NCBI GenBank assembly: GCA_963781885.1
Contig: CAWAHW010000006.1
Coordinates: 256,001 to 320,000, forward strand
Origin: an uncultured Spirochaetota bacterium
GTDB taxonomy: Bacteria; Spirochaetota; Spirochaetia; SZUA-6; Fen-1364
Length of the DNA stretch: 64,000 nt
Reading direction: 5' to 3'
The position numbers and the translations under genes are program-made. The notes beneath the pieces are model-generated. The model worked only from the letters and a program-made list of their open reading frames with translations, was not told the DNA's origin and did not search any database. Shown here one piece after another: positions 29,566 to 38,877 of the stretch. Numbering within the stretch: position 1 is the first letter of the stretch; every line of letters begins with the position of its first letter.

Positions 29566-30400
29566 TCACGGATCGCGTCGTCACGGCCGCGAGGATGATG
29601 ACCCCGCCCACCAGGGCGCGCGGTCCCGGCCGCTCACCCAGGACAAGGAAGACCCAGACCGGATTGAAGATCGGCTCCAGCACCGCCGTGAGGATGGACT
29701 GCAACGCCGTGACGCGCTTCACGCCGTAGGAGAGCAGGAGGGAGGAAATCCCGATCTGGAAGACGCCAAGGAACGCAAGGCCGCCCCATCCGGCGAGCGT
29801 GGGGCTTCCCTGCCAGAGGAACGGTATCGATACGATGATGGTGAGGCCGTGGCTGAGCAGGATGGACTCGATGGACGAGCCGTCCTTCTGGGCGCGGAAG
29901 GATACGATGGCGCCGGCGAAGAAGATGCCGCTTGCGATCGCGAGCAGGTTGCCCAGCATGCCCCCGGCGGTGAGCTTGTCCAGGAAGAAGAGCACCATGC
30001 CGCCGAGCACCACGGCGATGGTCACCCAGTCCAGGACGCCTGCCTTCTCCTTCAGGAATATCCAGCCGAACGCGGCCACCCACAGCGGCGCCGTGTATTG
30101 CAGGAGAATCGCATTCGCGGCGGTGGTGAGCTTGTTCGCCGACACGAATCCGATCATGCACGCCGCGTAGCAGACGGCGCCGGCGATCTGGGCGAAGGAC
30201 CACGTAAAGCGCAGCTTGCGGACGAAGGCGAGGATCACGAGCGCGCCGATGAAGCTCCGCACACCGGCGATGGCGAATGGGTTCCACGAGACGATCTTGA
30301 TGAAAAGCCCCGCGCTGCTCCACAGGATCGCGCAGCCGGCGATCGCCGCGATGGCGACACCCGTCTTGCGGGGGGCAGGCGCGGCGTTTTCCTTTTCCAT
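29525..30400 (-). CDS. DMT/EamA family transporter
   Basis: LWSSAGLFIK, LQYTAP, LEPIFNPVW, GERP. Confidence 0.88.
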   Translation of the reverse strand: MEKENAAPAPRKTGVAIAAIAGCAILWSSAGLFIKIVSWNPFAIAGVRSFIGALVILAFVRKLRFTWSFAQIAGAVCYAACMIGFVSANKLTTAANAILLQYTAPLWVAAFGWIFLKEKAGVLDWVTIAVVLGGMVLFFLDKLTAGGMLGNLLAIASGIFFAGAIVSFRAQKDGSSIESILLSHGLTIIVSIPFLWQGSPTLAGWGGLAFLGVFQIGISSLLLSYGVKRVTALQSILTAVLEPIFNPVWVFLVLGERPGPRALVGGVIILAAVTTRSVISLRSATRRAASS

Positions 30401-30489
30401 GATGCGGCTGAGAATGTACCTTCAGGACGCCAATGGCAAGCAGGCGCCAGCGGGGGGGCGCGGTCGCGCTGTCGACGCGGGGGACGCTG

Positions 30490-31302
30490 TCAGTCGTCGC
30501 ACCCGAGATAGCACTTCAGCTTCTTGCCGATCAGCCCGGCATACAGCTCGATGTACTTCTTGGCAGGGCTCGCGTTGATCTTGTGGAGCAGCACCTCCTC
30601 CACCTGGAAGAAACCGACGGTGGCCTTCATGTCGATGGTGATGCGGATGGGCTGGCGGACGCCCTTTTCGATGCGCACCTCCTCGATGGATGCGGCCGAG
30701 TACTTGTGGATGTCCCCCATGCGGGACTCCGTGGCGATCATCATGGGGATGCGCGCGCGGCCCTTTTCCATGTCGCAGCCGTCGGCCACGAGCATGAGCC
30801 CCGCCTCCAGCGAATGGATCCTCTGCGTCGCCATGTGCCCGACGATGCACTCCACGGCAAGGGACCTTGCGACGACTTTCCTGCCCACCTCCCGGCCGTA
30901 CACCTCCGTGAGGGTGCGCTCGATGATGGGAAGGGCGAGGTCCGCCCCCGCGTGCTCATGATCGTCGCGGCCGACGCTCATGCCGATGTCGTGGAGCATG
31001 CCCGCGGTGACCAGCGCGACGCAGCTGTCCTCGTAGCTGCCGGCGTCATCCGCCTCCAGGGAAAGCGGTATGCCCGCCGCGTGGAGAATGTCGGCCATCA
31101 CGAGGGCATTCAGCACGACGGAACGCATGTGCACGGGGCCGTGGTCGTTGAACCCGAGCCTCTTGATGGAGACGACGTTCGCGTACTCCTGGAGCGCCTG
31201 GACCTCGGGGTCGTCGAGCAGCAGGTCCGCGGCCTTCCGCGGCAGGCCCGAAAGCCGCGAGCGGATCTCCTTTTCCAGGGAGACCTGTTTGGGCGATTTC
31301 AC
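30490..31302 (-). CDS. HD-domain phosphohydrolase
   Basis: RLGFNDHGPVH, LHDIG, RDDHE, VADGCDMEKGRAR. Confidence 0.85.
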   Translation of the reverse strand: MKSPKQVSLEKEIRSRLSGLPRKAADLLLDDPEVQALQEYANVVSIKRLGFNDHGPVHMRSVVLNALVMADILHAAGIPLSLEADDAGSYEDSCVALVTAGMLHDIGMSVGRDDHEHAGADLALPIIERTLTEVYGREVGRKVVARSLAVECIVGHMATQRIHSLEAGLMLVADGCDMEKGRARIPMMIATESRMGDIHKYSAASIEEVRIEKGVRQPIRITIDMKATVGFFQVEEVLLHKINASPAKKYIELYAGLIGKKLKCYLGCDD

Positions 31303-31308
31303 CGACGT

Positions 31309-31836
31309 CTACGTCCAGTGCCGCGCTTCCCGCAGGGCGAGGATCTGGCCGCTGTGATGCCTGCCGTGCCAGGCGTAGATCTGCAGGTTGCGGTCCAGCG
31401 TCGTCGGGCCGTTCTCGGGGTGGAGGAATGTCTTTGCGAAATCTTCGGGCCGCAGGGAGGCGAGCAGGGCGGAGAACCGCGCGTGGAGACCTTCCAGCAG
31501 GGAGAGGGAGAAACCGATGTCCACGCCGGTGACGTCGGCGAGCTTCGCCCAGGCGTCCTGGTCGTAGGGCTTGATCTGCGGCCTGTCCTCCGTGAGGCAG
31601 AGCTTGAAGCGGATGAAGGAGTTCATGTGGCTGTCGGCAATGTGATGGACGATCTGGCGCGGGCACCATCCGCCCTCGCGGTACGGGGTATCCAGCTGTG
31701 CCGCGTCCAGACCCGCGACGGCGCGGCGCAGGTAGGCCGGCAGCTCCGCGATGTTGCGGATCCAGCCCGCGCGCTTGTCGGGCGTCACGTCGGCGTCGTA
31801 GGAGAAGCGACCGATGGGATAGCGGTTCATTTCCAT
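31309..31836 (-). CDS. YfiT/BstA family (DinB superfamily) thiol S-transferase
   Basis: RYPIG, TPYREGGW, VHHIADSHMN, KPYDQ, YAWHGRHH. Confidence 0.88.
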   Translation of the reverse strand: MEMNRYPIGRFSYDADVTPDKRAGWIRNIAELPAYLRRAVAGLDAAQLDTPYREGGWCPRQIVHHIADSHMNSFIRFKLCLTEDRPQIKPYDQDAWAKLADVTGVDIGFSLSLLEGLHARFSALLASLRPEDFAKTFLHPENGPTTLDRNLQIYAWHGRHHSGQILALREARHWT

Positions 31837-31890
31837 GCCTTGAATGTACCCGAAGCGGCGCTGCCTGCAAAGCCGCGCCACGCGTCCCGT

Positions 31891-32157
31891 TGCCGGCGAA
31901 TGTCACGGAGTACAAATGCCACGGAGTACCATAGACAGGGACGTCGAGGGCGAGCGAGTGCAGGGAGGCACGGAAGCGAGCCCGTGGCCGGCGTGACCGC
32001 ACAAATGGCACCGGGTACAACTGCCACGGAGTACCGTGGCCAGGGTGCCGGCGAATGTCACGGAGTACAAATGCCACGGAGTACCGTGGCCGGCGTGACC
32101 GCACAAATGGCACCGGGTACAAATGCCACGGAGTTCCGTGGCCGGGGTGGCGGCGAA
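31891..32157. repeat. Tandem 102-bp composite palindromic repeat (~2 units plus a partial), locus 2, with a 53-bp insertion in the first hairpin
   Basis: TGCCGGCGAATG at 31891, 32046 and degenerate at 32148; hairpin GCCACGG-AGTA-CCGTGGC at 32023, 32073 and 32125 (loop AGTT), interrupted at 31918. Confidence 0.85.
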
Positions 32158-32192
32158 TTGACATCACCGCGCCGGCGCCGGTATAACTCGCT

Positions 32193-33431
32193 ATGATCCG
32201 GATCAACGAAAACTATCCGCGGCTCGTCGCCTCGTACCTGTTCAGCGACGTGGCGCGTCGCGTGGAGGCCTTCCAGGCGGCGCATCCCGACCGGCAGATC
32301 ATCCGCATGGGCATTGGCGACGTGACGCTGCCTCTCACGCCCGCCGTGCTCGCCGCATTCCACGCCGCGGTGGAGGAGATGGGTAGCGTCGCGACCTTCA
32401 AGGGCTACGGACCGGATTTCGGCTACGACTTCCTGCGCACGGCCATTGCGGAAACCGACTACCGGGCACGCGGCGCGGACATCGCGGCCGACGAGATCAT
32501 CGTGAGCGACGGCTCCAAGTGCGACACGGCCAATATCCAGGAGCTCCTGGCCGGCGACCTGCGCATCGCGGTGCCGGATCCCGTCTACCCCGTCTACGTC
32601 GACACGAATGTCATGGCGGGGCGCACGGGCCCCTTCCGCGACGGGCGCTACGCGGGGCTCATCTACCTGGACTGCACGGAGGACAACGGTTTCGTGCCTG
32701 ACGTCCCTCGATCGCGGGTCGATCTCATCTATCTCTGTTTCCCCAACAACCCCACGGGCGCCACCATCACCCGCGCCCAGCTCGCCGGCTGGGTGGACTA
32801 CGCGCGCAGGAGCAAGGCGCTCATCCTCTTCGATGCCGCCTATGTCTCGTACGTCCGGGACCCCGCCCTTCCACAGTCGATATTCGAGATACCCGGCGCG
32901 CGGGAATGCGCCATCGAGTTCCGCAGCTTCTCCAAGACGGCGGGCTTCACCGGCACCCGCTGCGCCTTCACCGTGATTCCGAAGGATTGCATGGCGTGGG
33001 ACGCCGCGGGCGCGACCCATTCGCTGCACGCGCTGTGGAGCCGGAGACAGGCGACGAAGTTCAACGGCGTCTCCTACCCCGTGCAGCGCGCCGCGGCCGC
33101 CGTCTATACCCCGGCAGGCATGAAGGAAACGCGCGCCCTGTGCGACTACTACCTGGGAAATGCGAAGATCATCCGCGAACGCCTCGCGGCGATGGGTTTC
33201 CCCTGCACGGGAGGTGAAAACTCGCCGTACATCTGGATGAAGACGCCGATGGCCTCATGGGACTTTTTCGATCTCCTCCTGGACGCCGCGGGCGTGGTGG
33301 TCACGCCGGGGAGCGGGTTCGGCAAGAGCGGCGAAGGCTACGTGCGCGTGAGCGCGTTCAACGATCGCGGAAAAGTGGAACAGGCAATGGAAAAGATCGC
33401 CGCGGTGGCGGAAAGGCTGGGTGCGGGATGA
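32193..33431 (+). CDS. dapL: LL-diaminopimelate aminotransferase
   Basis: [57 protein letters not shown]. Confidence 0.93.
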   Translation: MIRINENYPRLVASYLFSDVARRVEAFQAAHPDRQIIRMGIGDVTLPLTPAVLAAFHAAVEEMGSVATFKGYGPDFGYDFLRTAIAETDYRARGADIAADEIIVSDGSKCDTANIQELLAGDLRIAVPDPVYPVYVDTNVMAGRTGPFRDGRYAGLIYLDCTEDNGFVPDVPRSRVDLIYLCFPNNPTGATITRAQLAGWVDYARRSKALILFDAAYVSYVRDPALPQSIFEIPGARECAIEFRSFSKTAGFTGTRCAFTVIPKDCMAWDAAGATHSLHALWSRRQATKFNGVSYPVQRAAAAVYTPAGMKETRALCDYYLGNAKIIRERLAAMGFPCTGGENSPYIWMKTPMASWDFFDLLLDAAGVVVTPGSGFGKSGEGYVRVSAFNDRGKVEQAMEKIAAVAERLGAG

Positions 33432-33910
33432 TTCCCGAGAAGGTGCGGACGGTTCTCGACAGGCATGGGCTCTCGGCCAAGGAGTTCGACCCGGGGAGCA
33501 CCGCGACGTCCGTGCTCGCCGCGCAGCAGCTGGGCGTCGCGGTCGGGCAAATCGCGAAGTCGCTCCTCTTTGCCGGCAAGGACGGGAAATATTTCCTCGT
33601 GCTCTGCCCGGGCGACAAGAGGCTTTCCTCCGCGAAGCTGAAGGCCGCCACGGGCGTGAAGTCCCGCATGGCGAGCGCGGAGGAGACGCGGACGGTGACG
33701 GGATTCGGTCCGGGCGAGGTCTGCCCCTTCGGGATCGATCCCGGCATCAGGATCCTCGTCGATGCCAGTCTCTCCGCCTACCAGATGATATTCCCTGCCG
33801 CCGGGACCGATTCGTCCGGCGTGCCGATGACCTACGCGCAGCTCATCGCCGTCACCGGGGGAACCGTGGGGGACTATCTCGTCGACGCCGGGGAAGGGAA
33901 GGCGGAATGA
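33428..33910 (+). CDS. YbaK/EbsC family aminoacyl-tRNA editing protein
   Basis: [25 protein letters not shown]. Confidence 0.85.
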   Translation: MIPEKVRTVLDRHGLSAKEFDPGSTATSVLAAQQLGVAVGQIAKSLLFAGKDGKYFLVLCPGDKRLSSAKLKAATGVKSRMASAEETRTVTGFGPGEVCPFGIDPGIRILVDASLSAYQMIFPAAGTDSSGVPMTYAQLIAVTGGTVGDYLVDAGEGKAE

Positions 33911-34326
33911 GCGGAATCGTCACCTGGAAGAAGGGTATGAGCTTCACTGCTTCCGGTCACACGAGCAATTTCAGCCTGCCGCTGGGCGCTGACCCGAAGG
34001 CGGGAGGCGAGAACGACGGGTTCCGCCCGACGGAGCTCATCCTCCTGGGGCTCGCCGGCTGCACGGCCATGGACGTCATCTCCATACTGCAAAAGAAGAA
34101 GCAGGCGGTCAGCGCCTTCGAAGTGAAGGCCGACGGGGAAAGGGCGGACACGGACCCGAGGCGATTCACGCGCTTCATGCTGGAATACGTCGTGACCGGC
34201 AATGGCATCGACCCGGCCGCCGTGGAGCGCGCGGTGGAGCTTTCCGAGACGAAGTACTGCTCCGTGATGGCGACCCTTCGCTGCGCGGGGCCCATCGAGA
34301 GGAAGATCACGATCCTCGAAGGGTGA
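33907..34326 (+). CDS. OsmC family protein
   Basis: RPTELILLGLAGCTAMDV...SETKYCSV. Confidence 0.88.
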   Translation: MSGIVTWKKGMSFTASGHTSNFSLPLGADPKAGGENDGFRPTELILLGLAGCTAMDVISILQKKKQAVSAFEVKADGERADTDPRRFTRFMLEYVVTGNGIDPAAVERAVELSETKYCSVMATLRCAGPIERKITILEG

Positions 34327-34354
34327 GGACTCCTCAGGCGCCGGTGCGGCCGAC

Positions 34355-34630
34355 TCAGCGGGGCATGTCGTCCAGCCCGCCGGCGTTGACGACGTTGGTG
34401 AACCCGTTTTGCGCGAGGAAGCGCATCGCCTGGCCGCTGCGGGCGCCGGAGGCGCAGTAGAGTACGATCGGGGTCGTGCGCGGCTCCAGCTCGAACATAC
34501 GCGCGGCAAGCGTGGCAAGCGGGATGTTCACCGCCCCGGGGTATGCTCCGTCCTTGAACTCCGCCGGCGTGCGGACGTCGATGATGCGCGCCCCCGCCGC
34601 GATCTTTTCCTTTATGGTTGTCCCTGCCAT
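34355..34630 (-). CDS. Single-domain rhodanese
   Basis: IDVRTPAEF, GAVNIP, YCASGARS. Confidence 0.88.
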   Translation of the reverse strand: MAGTTIKEKIAAGARIIDVRTPAEFKDGAYPGAVNIPLATLAARMFELEPRTTPIVLYCASGARSGQAMRFLAQNGFTNVVNAGGLDDMPR

Positions 34631-34641
34631 GTTCTCCTCCG

Positions 34642-36312
34642 TCATGATTGCTGAATGTCGAAACCGCCCAGGGCCTCGATGGCGACGAAACCACCCGTGA
34701 CGTTCCGCACGCCCGCTGACCCCTTTTCCTTCAATATACGAAGCGCCAGGTGGGAGCGGAATCCCGACCGACAGTGCACGACGATCGGCCTGCCGCGCGG
34801 CACCTCCTCCAGGCGGAAGCGCAGCTCGTCCACCGGAATATTCCGCGACCCGCTGCAGGTGGCCCTGCTCGTATTCGTTCCTGTTGCGCACGTCCAGGAC
34901 CACCGGCCGGGCTGCCTCATCGGCTGCCTTGAGGAGCCCGCGCAGCTCGGCAGACGGTGACCAGCGGGCTGAAACCAGACAGGTCGTTCTCTCCCACGAA
35001 CGCCGCGAGATTGAGCGGGTCATTCGCCGACGAATAGGGCGGGGAGTAGGCCAGATCCATCTCGGCAAGGTCGTGGAGCGTGAGTCGGCCCTGGAGGGCG
35101 ACCGAGGCTGCATCGATGCGCTTCTCCACGCCTTCCTCCCCGAAAGCCTGCGCCCCCAGCAGCCGCGCGCTCTTCCTGTCGTAGACGAGCTTCAGCACGA
35201 GCTCCTTTGCGCCCGGGTAGTAGCCGGCGTGATGGTCCTTCACCACGATGGCGGCCCCGACGTCGAAACCTGCCGCGCGCGCGGCGCCTTCCGAAAGACC
35301 CGTGTTCGCCACGGTGGCATCGAATACTTTCACGACGCTCGAGCCTGCCGCCCCCGCGTAGGACATCTCAATGCCCAGCGCATTGGACGCGGCGATCCTG
35401 CCCTGCCGGTTGGCCGGTCCTGCCAGGGGAACGCGCGCGCGGCGGCCCGTCACCTTGTGGACGACCTCCGTCATGTCTCCTGCTGCCCAGATGTGCGGGA
35501 TCCGACGTGCGCAGGTGCTCGTCCACCGCGAGCGCACCGGCGGCACCGATCTCCAGGCCCGCCGCGCGCGCGAGGGTAAGCTCGGGCTTCACGCCCACGG
35601 ACAGGAGCACGATGCCGGCGGGCAGGAGCCTCCCGTCCCCGAGCTCCACCTGCGCGGCGGCCGGGTGGACGGCCTTCAAGCCGACACCGGTGAGGACCTT
35701 CACGCCGTGACGGCGAAGCCGCGCCGCGACGAGGCCGCCCATCTCAGGGTCCATGGTGGACATTACCTGGGGGAGGAGCTCCACGACCGTGGTGTCCATC
35801 CCGCGCCGGACGAATGCCTCCGCCATTTCCATGCCGATGAAGCCTGCCCCGATGATGACGGCGTTTGCGGGCTTCTTCTCCGCGAGGAAGGCCTGTATCC
35901 GGTCGGCGTCCGGCACGTTCCAGAGCTTGAAGACGTGGGGGGCGTCGATGCCCGGGACCTGCGGGACGACGGGCGAGCCGCCCTGCGCGAGGATGAGCGA
36001 GTCGTAGGGCAGCCACGATTCCCCCGCCGGCCCTTTCACGCGCACGCGCCTGCCGCCGCGGTCGATCTCCCGCGCCTCGGTCTCCACGAGCACCTTCACG
36101 CCGTAACGGCTGTCGAAGCCTTCTGGCGTCTGGAGGAGCAGCTTTGAGCGCTTCTGGATGTCCTGCGCGATGTAGTACGCCAGCCCGCAATTGGCGTAGG
36201 AGATGTAGGGGCCGCGCTCGATCATCGTGATCTCCGCGCTTTCGCTCACGCGCCGCGCCCGGGCAGCGGCCGTGGCACCGCCCGCGGCTCCACCGATGAT
36301 GAGAAGCTTCAT
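34642..36312 (-). CDS. CoA-disulfide reductase-rhodanese fusion (CoADR-RHD/Npsr-like); three apparent frameshifts (~35500, ~34955, ~34850)
   Basis: IIGGAAGG, SYANCGL, GAGFIGME, AAGD, AYSPPY, C-terminal rhodanese HCRSGFRS across four ORF pieces. Confidence 0.82.
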
Positions 36313-36371
36313 CGCCTTTGTTTCCATTCTTTTCCTCTTGATCAATGATGCGACAACGCCGCGAACCCGTC

Positions 36372-36387
36372 AGTGACTTCTATCACG
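36372..36387. promoter_or_regulatory. Putative Crp/Fnr-family binding site
   Basis: AGTGA-CTTCTA-TCACG (GTGA-N6-TCAC) about 60 bp upstream of the CoADR start. Confidence 0.55.
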
Positions 36388-37054
36388 CTTCGGCAGGCAA
36401 CCCGGCCCTTTCCCGCAGCGGGCCGGGCTTCAGGATGGTGATCCTGCCGCGAGACGTGGCGATGACGCTGTCCGTTTCGAAATCGGCGAGGATGCGCGTG
36501 ACCACCTCGCGCGACGTGCCCAGCTCCGCCGCGACCCCGCCGTGCGTCATGCGGACGGCCGACCCGCTGCCCGCTTTTTTCAGGAGCAGCGCGGCGATGC
36601 GCGTGTCCATGTGGTGGAACGTCACTTCTTCGACGAGCGACAGCACCGCGTCGAGACGGCGCGCGTATTGCCCGAAGATGAAGTGGCGGCAACCGGCGTC
36701 CTCTTCCACGAGCCGCGCGAGGAGCGGCGCGGGAACCAGAAGGATCCGCGTGCGTCCCACCGCCTCCGCGACGGCGGGAAAGTTACCGCCGTTGAGAATG
36801 CATGTGGCCGAGAGGATGCAGCTCTCCCCTTGCTCGACGCGGTAGAGCGTGAGCTCCTTGCCGGTCTCCGAAATCTTGTAGATGCGCAGCGCCCCCTCCA
36901 CCACAAAGGGGAGGAAGGCGCATTCCGCGCCGCCTGCTACGAGCAGCTGCCGATCATCGAGCGATTTTTCTACCGCCTGCGCGCGCAGCACGTCGCGGAG
37001 CTTCGGCGGGAGCGCGGAGAGGAACGGAAAGCGCCGGCCGATCGATGCGTCCAT
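36383..37054 (-). CDS. Crp/Fnr family transcriptional regulator
   Basis: GKELTLYRV, GESC, HTH LGTSREVVTRIL, RGRITI. Confidence 0.9.
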   Translation of the reverse strand: MDASIGRRFPFLSALPPKLRDVLRAQAVEKSLDDRQLLVAGGAECAFLPFVVEGALRIYKISETGKELTLYRVEQGESCILSATCILNGGNFPAVAEAVGRTRILLVPAPLLARLVEEDAGCRHFIFGQYARRLDAVLSLVEEVTFHHMDTRIAALLLKKAGSGSAVRMTHGGVAAELGTSREVVTRILADFETDSVIATSRGRITILKPGPLRERAGLPAEA

Positions 37055-37127
37055 GCCCGGCATTCTATCACAGCCGGCGACGCCCTTGACGCAACGTGAC
37101 GGCCGTGCAAGACTCCGCCTGTCCTGC

Positions 37128-37348
37128 CGAATGAACGGCGCGAGAGAGCATCGGGTGACCGATCGCCGAAGGTGCAAGGAGCGGACCGACACACGGACCG
37201 CTTGAATCTCTCAGGCAGAAGGATCGCGTCGGGACGGCACTCTGGAAAGTCGTCGGGTCTCCGCGCACGCGGGGTTGCCCGGCCGCCGAAGGGGCATTCC
37301 CTGACCTCACAAGAGGTCCGGGAGCAATCTCTCAGGCCCAAGACAGAG
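37128..37348 (+). ncRNA. Tandem glycine riboswitch
   Basis: Two aptamers: GAGAGA...CGCCGAAGGUGCAA...AAUCUCUCAGG and CUCUGGAAAG...CGCCGAAGGGGCA...AAUCUCUCAGG...GACAGAG, upstream of gcvT. Confidence 0.93.
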
Positions 37349-37378
37349 AAGAACGGGAGCAGCCCGTTCTTTTTTTTT
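37349..37378 (+). terminator. Riboswitch-controlled intrinsic terminator
   Basis: AAGAACGGG-AGCAG-CCCGTTCTT followed by a T-tract, adjoining the P1 3' strand of aptamer 2. Confidence 0.85.
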
Positions 37379-37387
37379 GGAGGCCGC

Positions 37388-38485
37388 ATGGAGACGAAGC
37401 TTCACGGATGGCACATTTCCCAGGGCGCCCGGATGGTCGATTTCGGGGGATGGGACATGCCGGTCCAGTACGCCGCGGGTCCGCGCGAAGAGCACGTGCG
37501 TGTACGCGACGCGGCGGGGCTTTTCGACATCGACCACATGGGACGTTTCGAGGTCACCGGTCCGCAGGCCGTGGAGTTCCTCCAGCGCGTGCAGACCTGG
37601 GACGTGAGCCGGCTCGCGGCGGGGCGGGCGCATTACAGCATGCTCCTGAACGACTCCGGCGGCGTCATCGACGATATTTTCATCTATCATAAGCCGCAGT
37701 CCTGGCTCGTCGTCGTGAATGCCTCCAATGCACCAAAGGATTTCGCCTGGCTGCAGACCCACGCCCGGGACTTCGCGGTGAGCATTCGCGACCTGCGCGC
37801 GGAGACATGCCTCGTCGCCCTCCAGGGACCGGCCGCGCGGGAGGCGCTGCAGCCGCTGTGTCCCGATCTCGATCTCGGCGGCGTCGGCTTCCACCACGTC
37901 GTGGAATGCGCGTGTGCCGGCGCGCGCATCGTGCTCTGCACGACGGGCTATACCGGCGAGCCCGGCTACGAGCTGCTCCTGCCGTCCACCGGGTGTGTGG
38001 ACCTCTGGAGCGCGATCCTGGAAAGCGGCGCGCCGCAGGGCGTGCTGCCGTGCGGTCTTGCCGCCCGCGACTCCCTGCGCGCCGAGGCCTGTCTTCCCCT
38101 CTACGGCAATGAGATCGACGAGAGCACGGACCCGCTCCGTGCCGGGCTCGTGCGCGCGGCGGTGCGCCTGGAAGGCCACGACTTCATCGGCCGCCGGGCG
38201 CTCGCGGCGCTGGCGCTCGCGCCGCTGCCCGAGCTGCTCGTGGGCTTCCAGATGGTGGATCCGGGCGTGCCGCGGCACGGCTACGCCATCGCCGCGGGCG
38301 CGCGCGCGGTGGGCAGGGTGACCACCGGTCTTTTCAGCCCGTCGACGGGAAAATACGTCGGCATGGGCTATGTCGAATCCGCCCTTGCCGCCGTCGGAGG
38401 CGAGATCTCCGTTGTCATCAGGGATTCACCGAAGGCCGCCCGCGTCGTCGCGCGGCCCTTCTATACGTCGCCGCACTGGAGGTGA
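37388..38485 (+). CDS. gcvT: Glycine cleavage system aminomethyltransferase T
   Basis: MVDFGGWDMPVQY, GLFDIDHMG, TGYTGEPGYE, ARDSLRAEA. Confidence 0.95.
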   Translation: METKLHGWHISQGARMVDFGGWDMPVQYAAGPREEHVRVRDAAGLFDIDHMGRFEVTGPQAVEFLQRVQTWDVSRLAAGRAHYSMLLNDSGGVIDDIFIYHKPQSWLVVVNASNAPKDFAWLQTHARDFAVSIRDLRAETCLVALQGPAAREALQPLCPDLDLGGVGFHHVVECACAGARIVLCTTGYTGEPGYELLLPSTGCVDLWSAILESGAPQGVLPCGLAARDSLRAEACLPLYGNEIDESTDPLRAGLVRAAVRLEGHDFIGRRALAALALAPLPELLVGFQMVDPGVPRHGYAIAAGARAVGRVTTGLFSPSTGKYVGMGYVESALAAVGGEISVVIRDSPKAARVVARPFYTSPHWR

Positions 38486-38487
38486 GC

Positions 38488-38877
38488 ATGGATTACAAGG
38501 TTGACGAGAAGCTTCGCTACACGAAGACGCACGAATGGGCGCGCGGGGAGGGCGACGAGATCGTGATCGGCATCAGCGACTACGCCCAGGACCATCTCTC
38601 CGACGTCGTGTTCGTCGATTTGCCCGCCGTCGGAAAGGAAGTGCGCGCGGGTGCCGCCTGCATGGTCATCGAATCGGTCAAGGCGGCGGAAGAGGTCTTT
38701 GCCCCGATCTCGGGGGTCGTGAGCGCCCGCAACGAGAAGCTGGAAAAATCCCCGGAGCTGGTGAACAAGGACCCCTTCGGTGAAGGGTGGCTTGTGAAGG
38801 TGAAGCCGGCCAGCCGCGTGGAGCTCGACGGGCTCATGGATGCCGTGGCCTACCGGCGGCACCTGGAGACCCTATGA
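38488..38877 (+). CDS. gcvH: Glycine cleavage system H protein
   Basis: YTKTHEW, GISDYAQ, lipoyl site ESVKA, DPFGEGW. Confidence 0.95.
   Translation: MDYKVDEKLRYTKTHEWARGEGDEIVIGISDYAQDHLSDVVFVDLPAVGKEVRAGAACMVIESVKAAEEVFAPISGVVSARNEKLEKSPELVNKDPFGEGWLVKVKPASRVELDGLMDAVAYRRHLETL

Noticed and set aside
31891-32157. Mini CRISPR array
   Set aside because: Intervening segments are themselves repeated rather than unique spacers, the units are composite, and no cas genes are in the window.
30433-32206. Long ORFs reading through the repeat (e.g. NATEYRG peptides)
   Set aside because: The 102-bp unit is a multiple of three and stop-poor; these ORFs overlap real genes (HD protein, bstA) and lack credible starts.
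6380-36312. Frameshifts in leuS, hybrid kinase, alpha/beta hydrolase, YdcF, ComFB protein, DMT transporter and CoADR as pseudogenisation or programmed frameshifting
   Set aside because: Essential leuS is affected, both halves of each gene look intact, several breaks fall in short G/C runs and there is no shared slippery motif. Long-read consensus indels are the simplest explanation; needs read-level confirmation.
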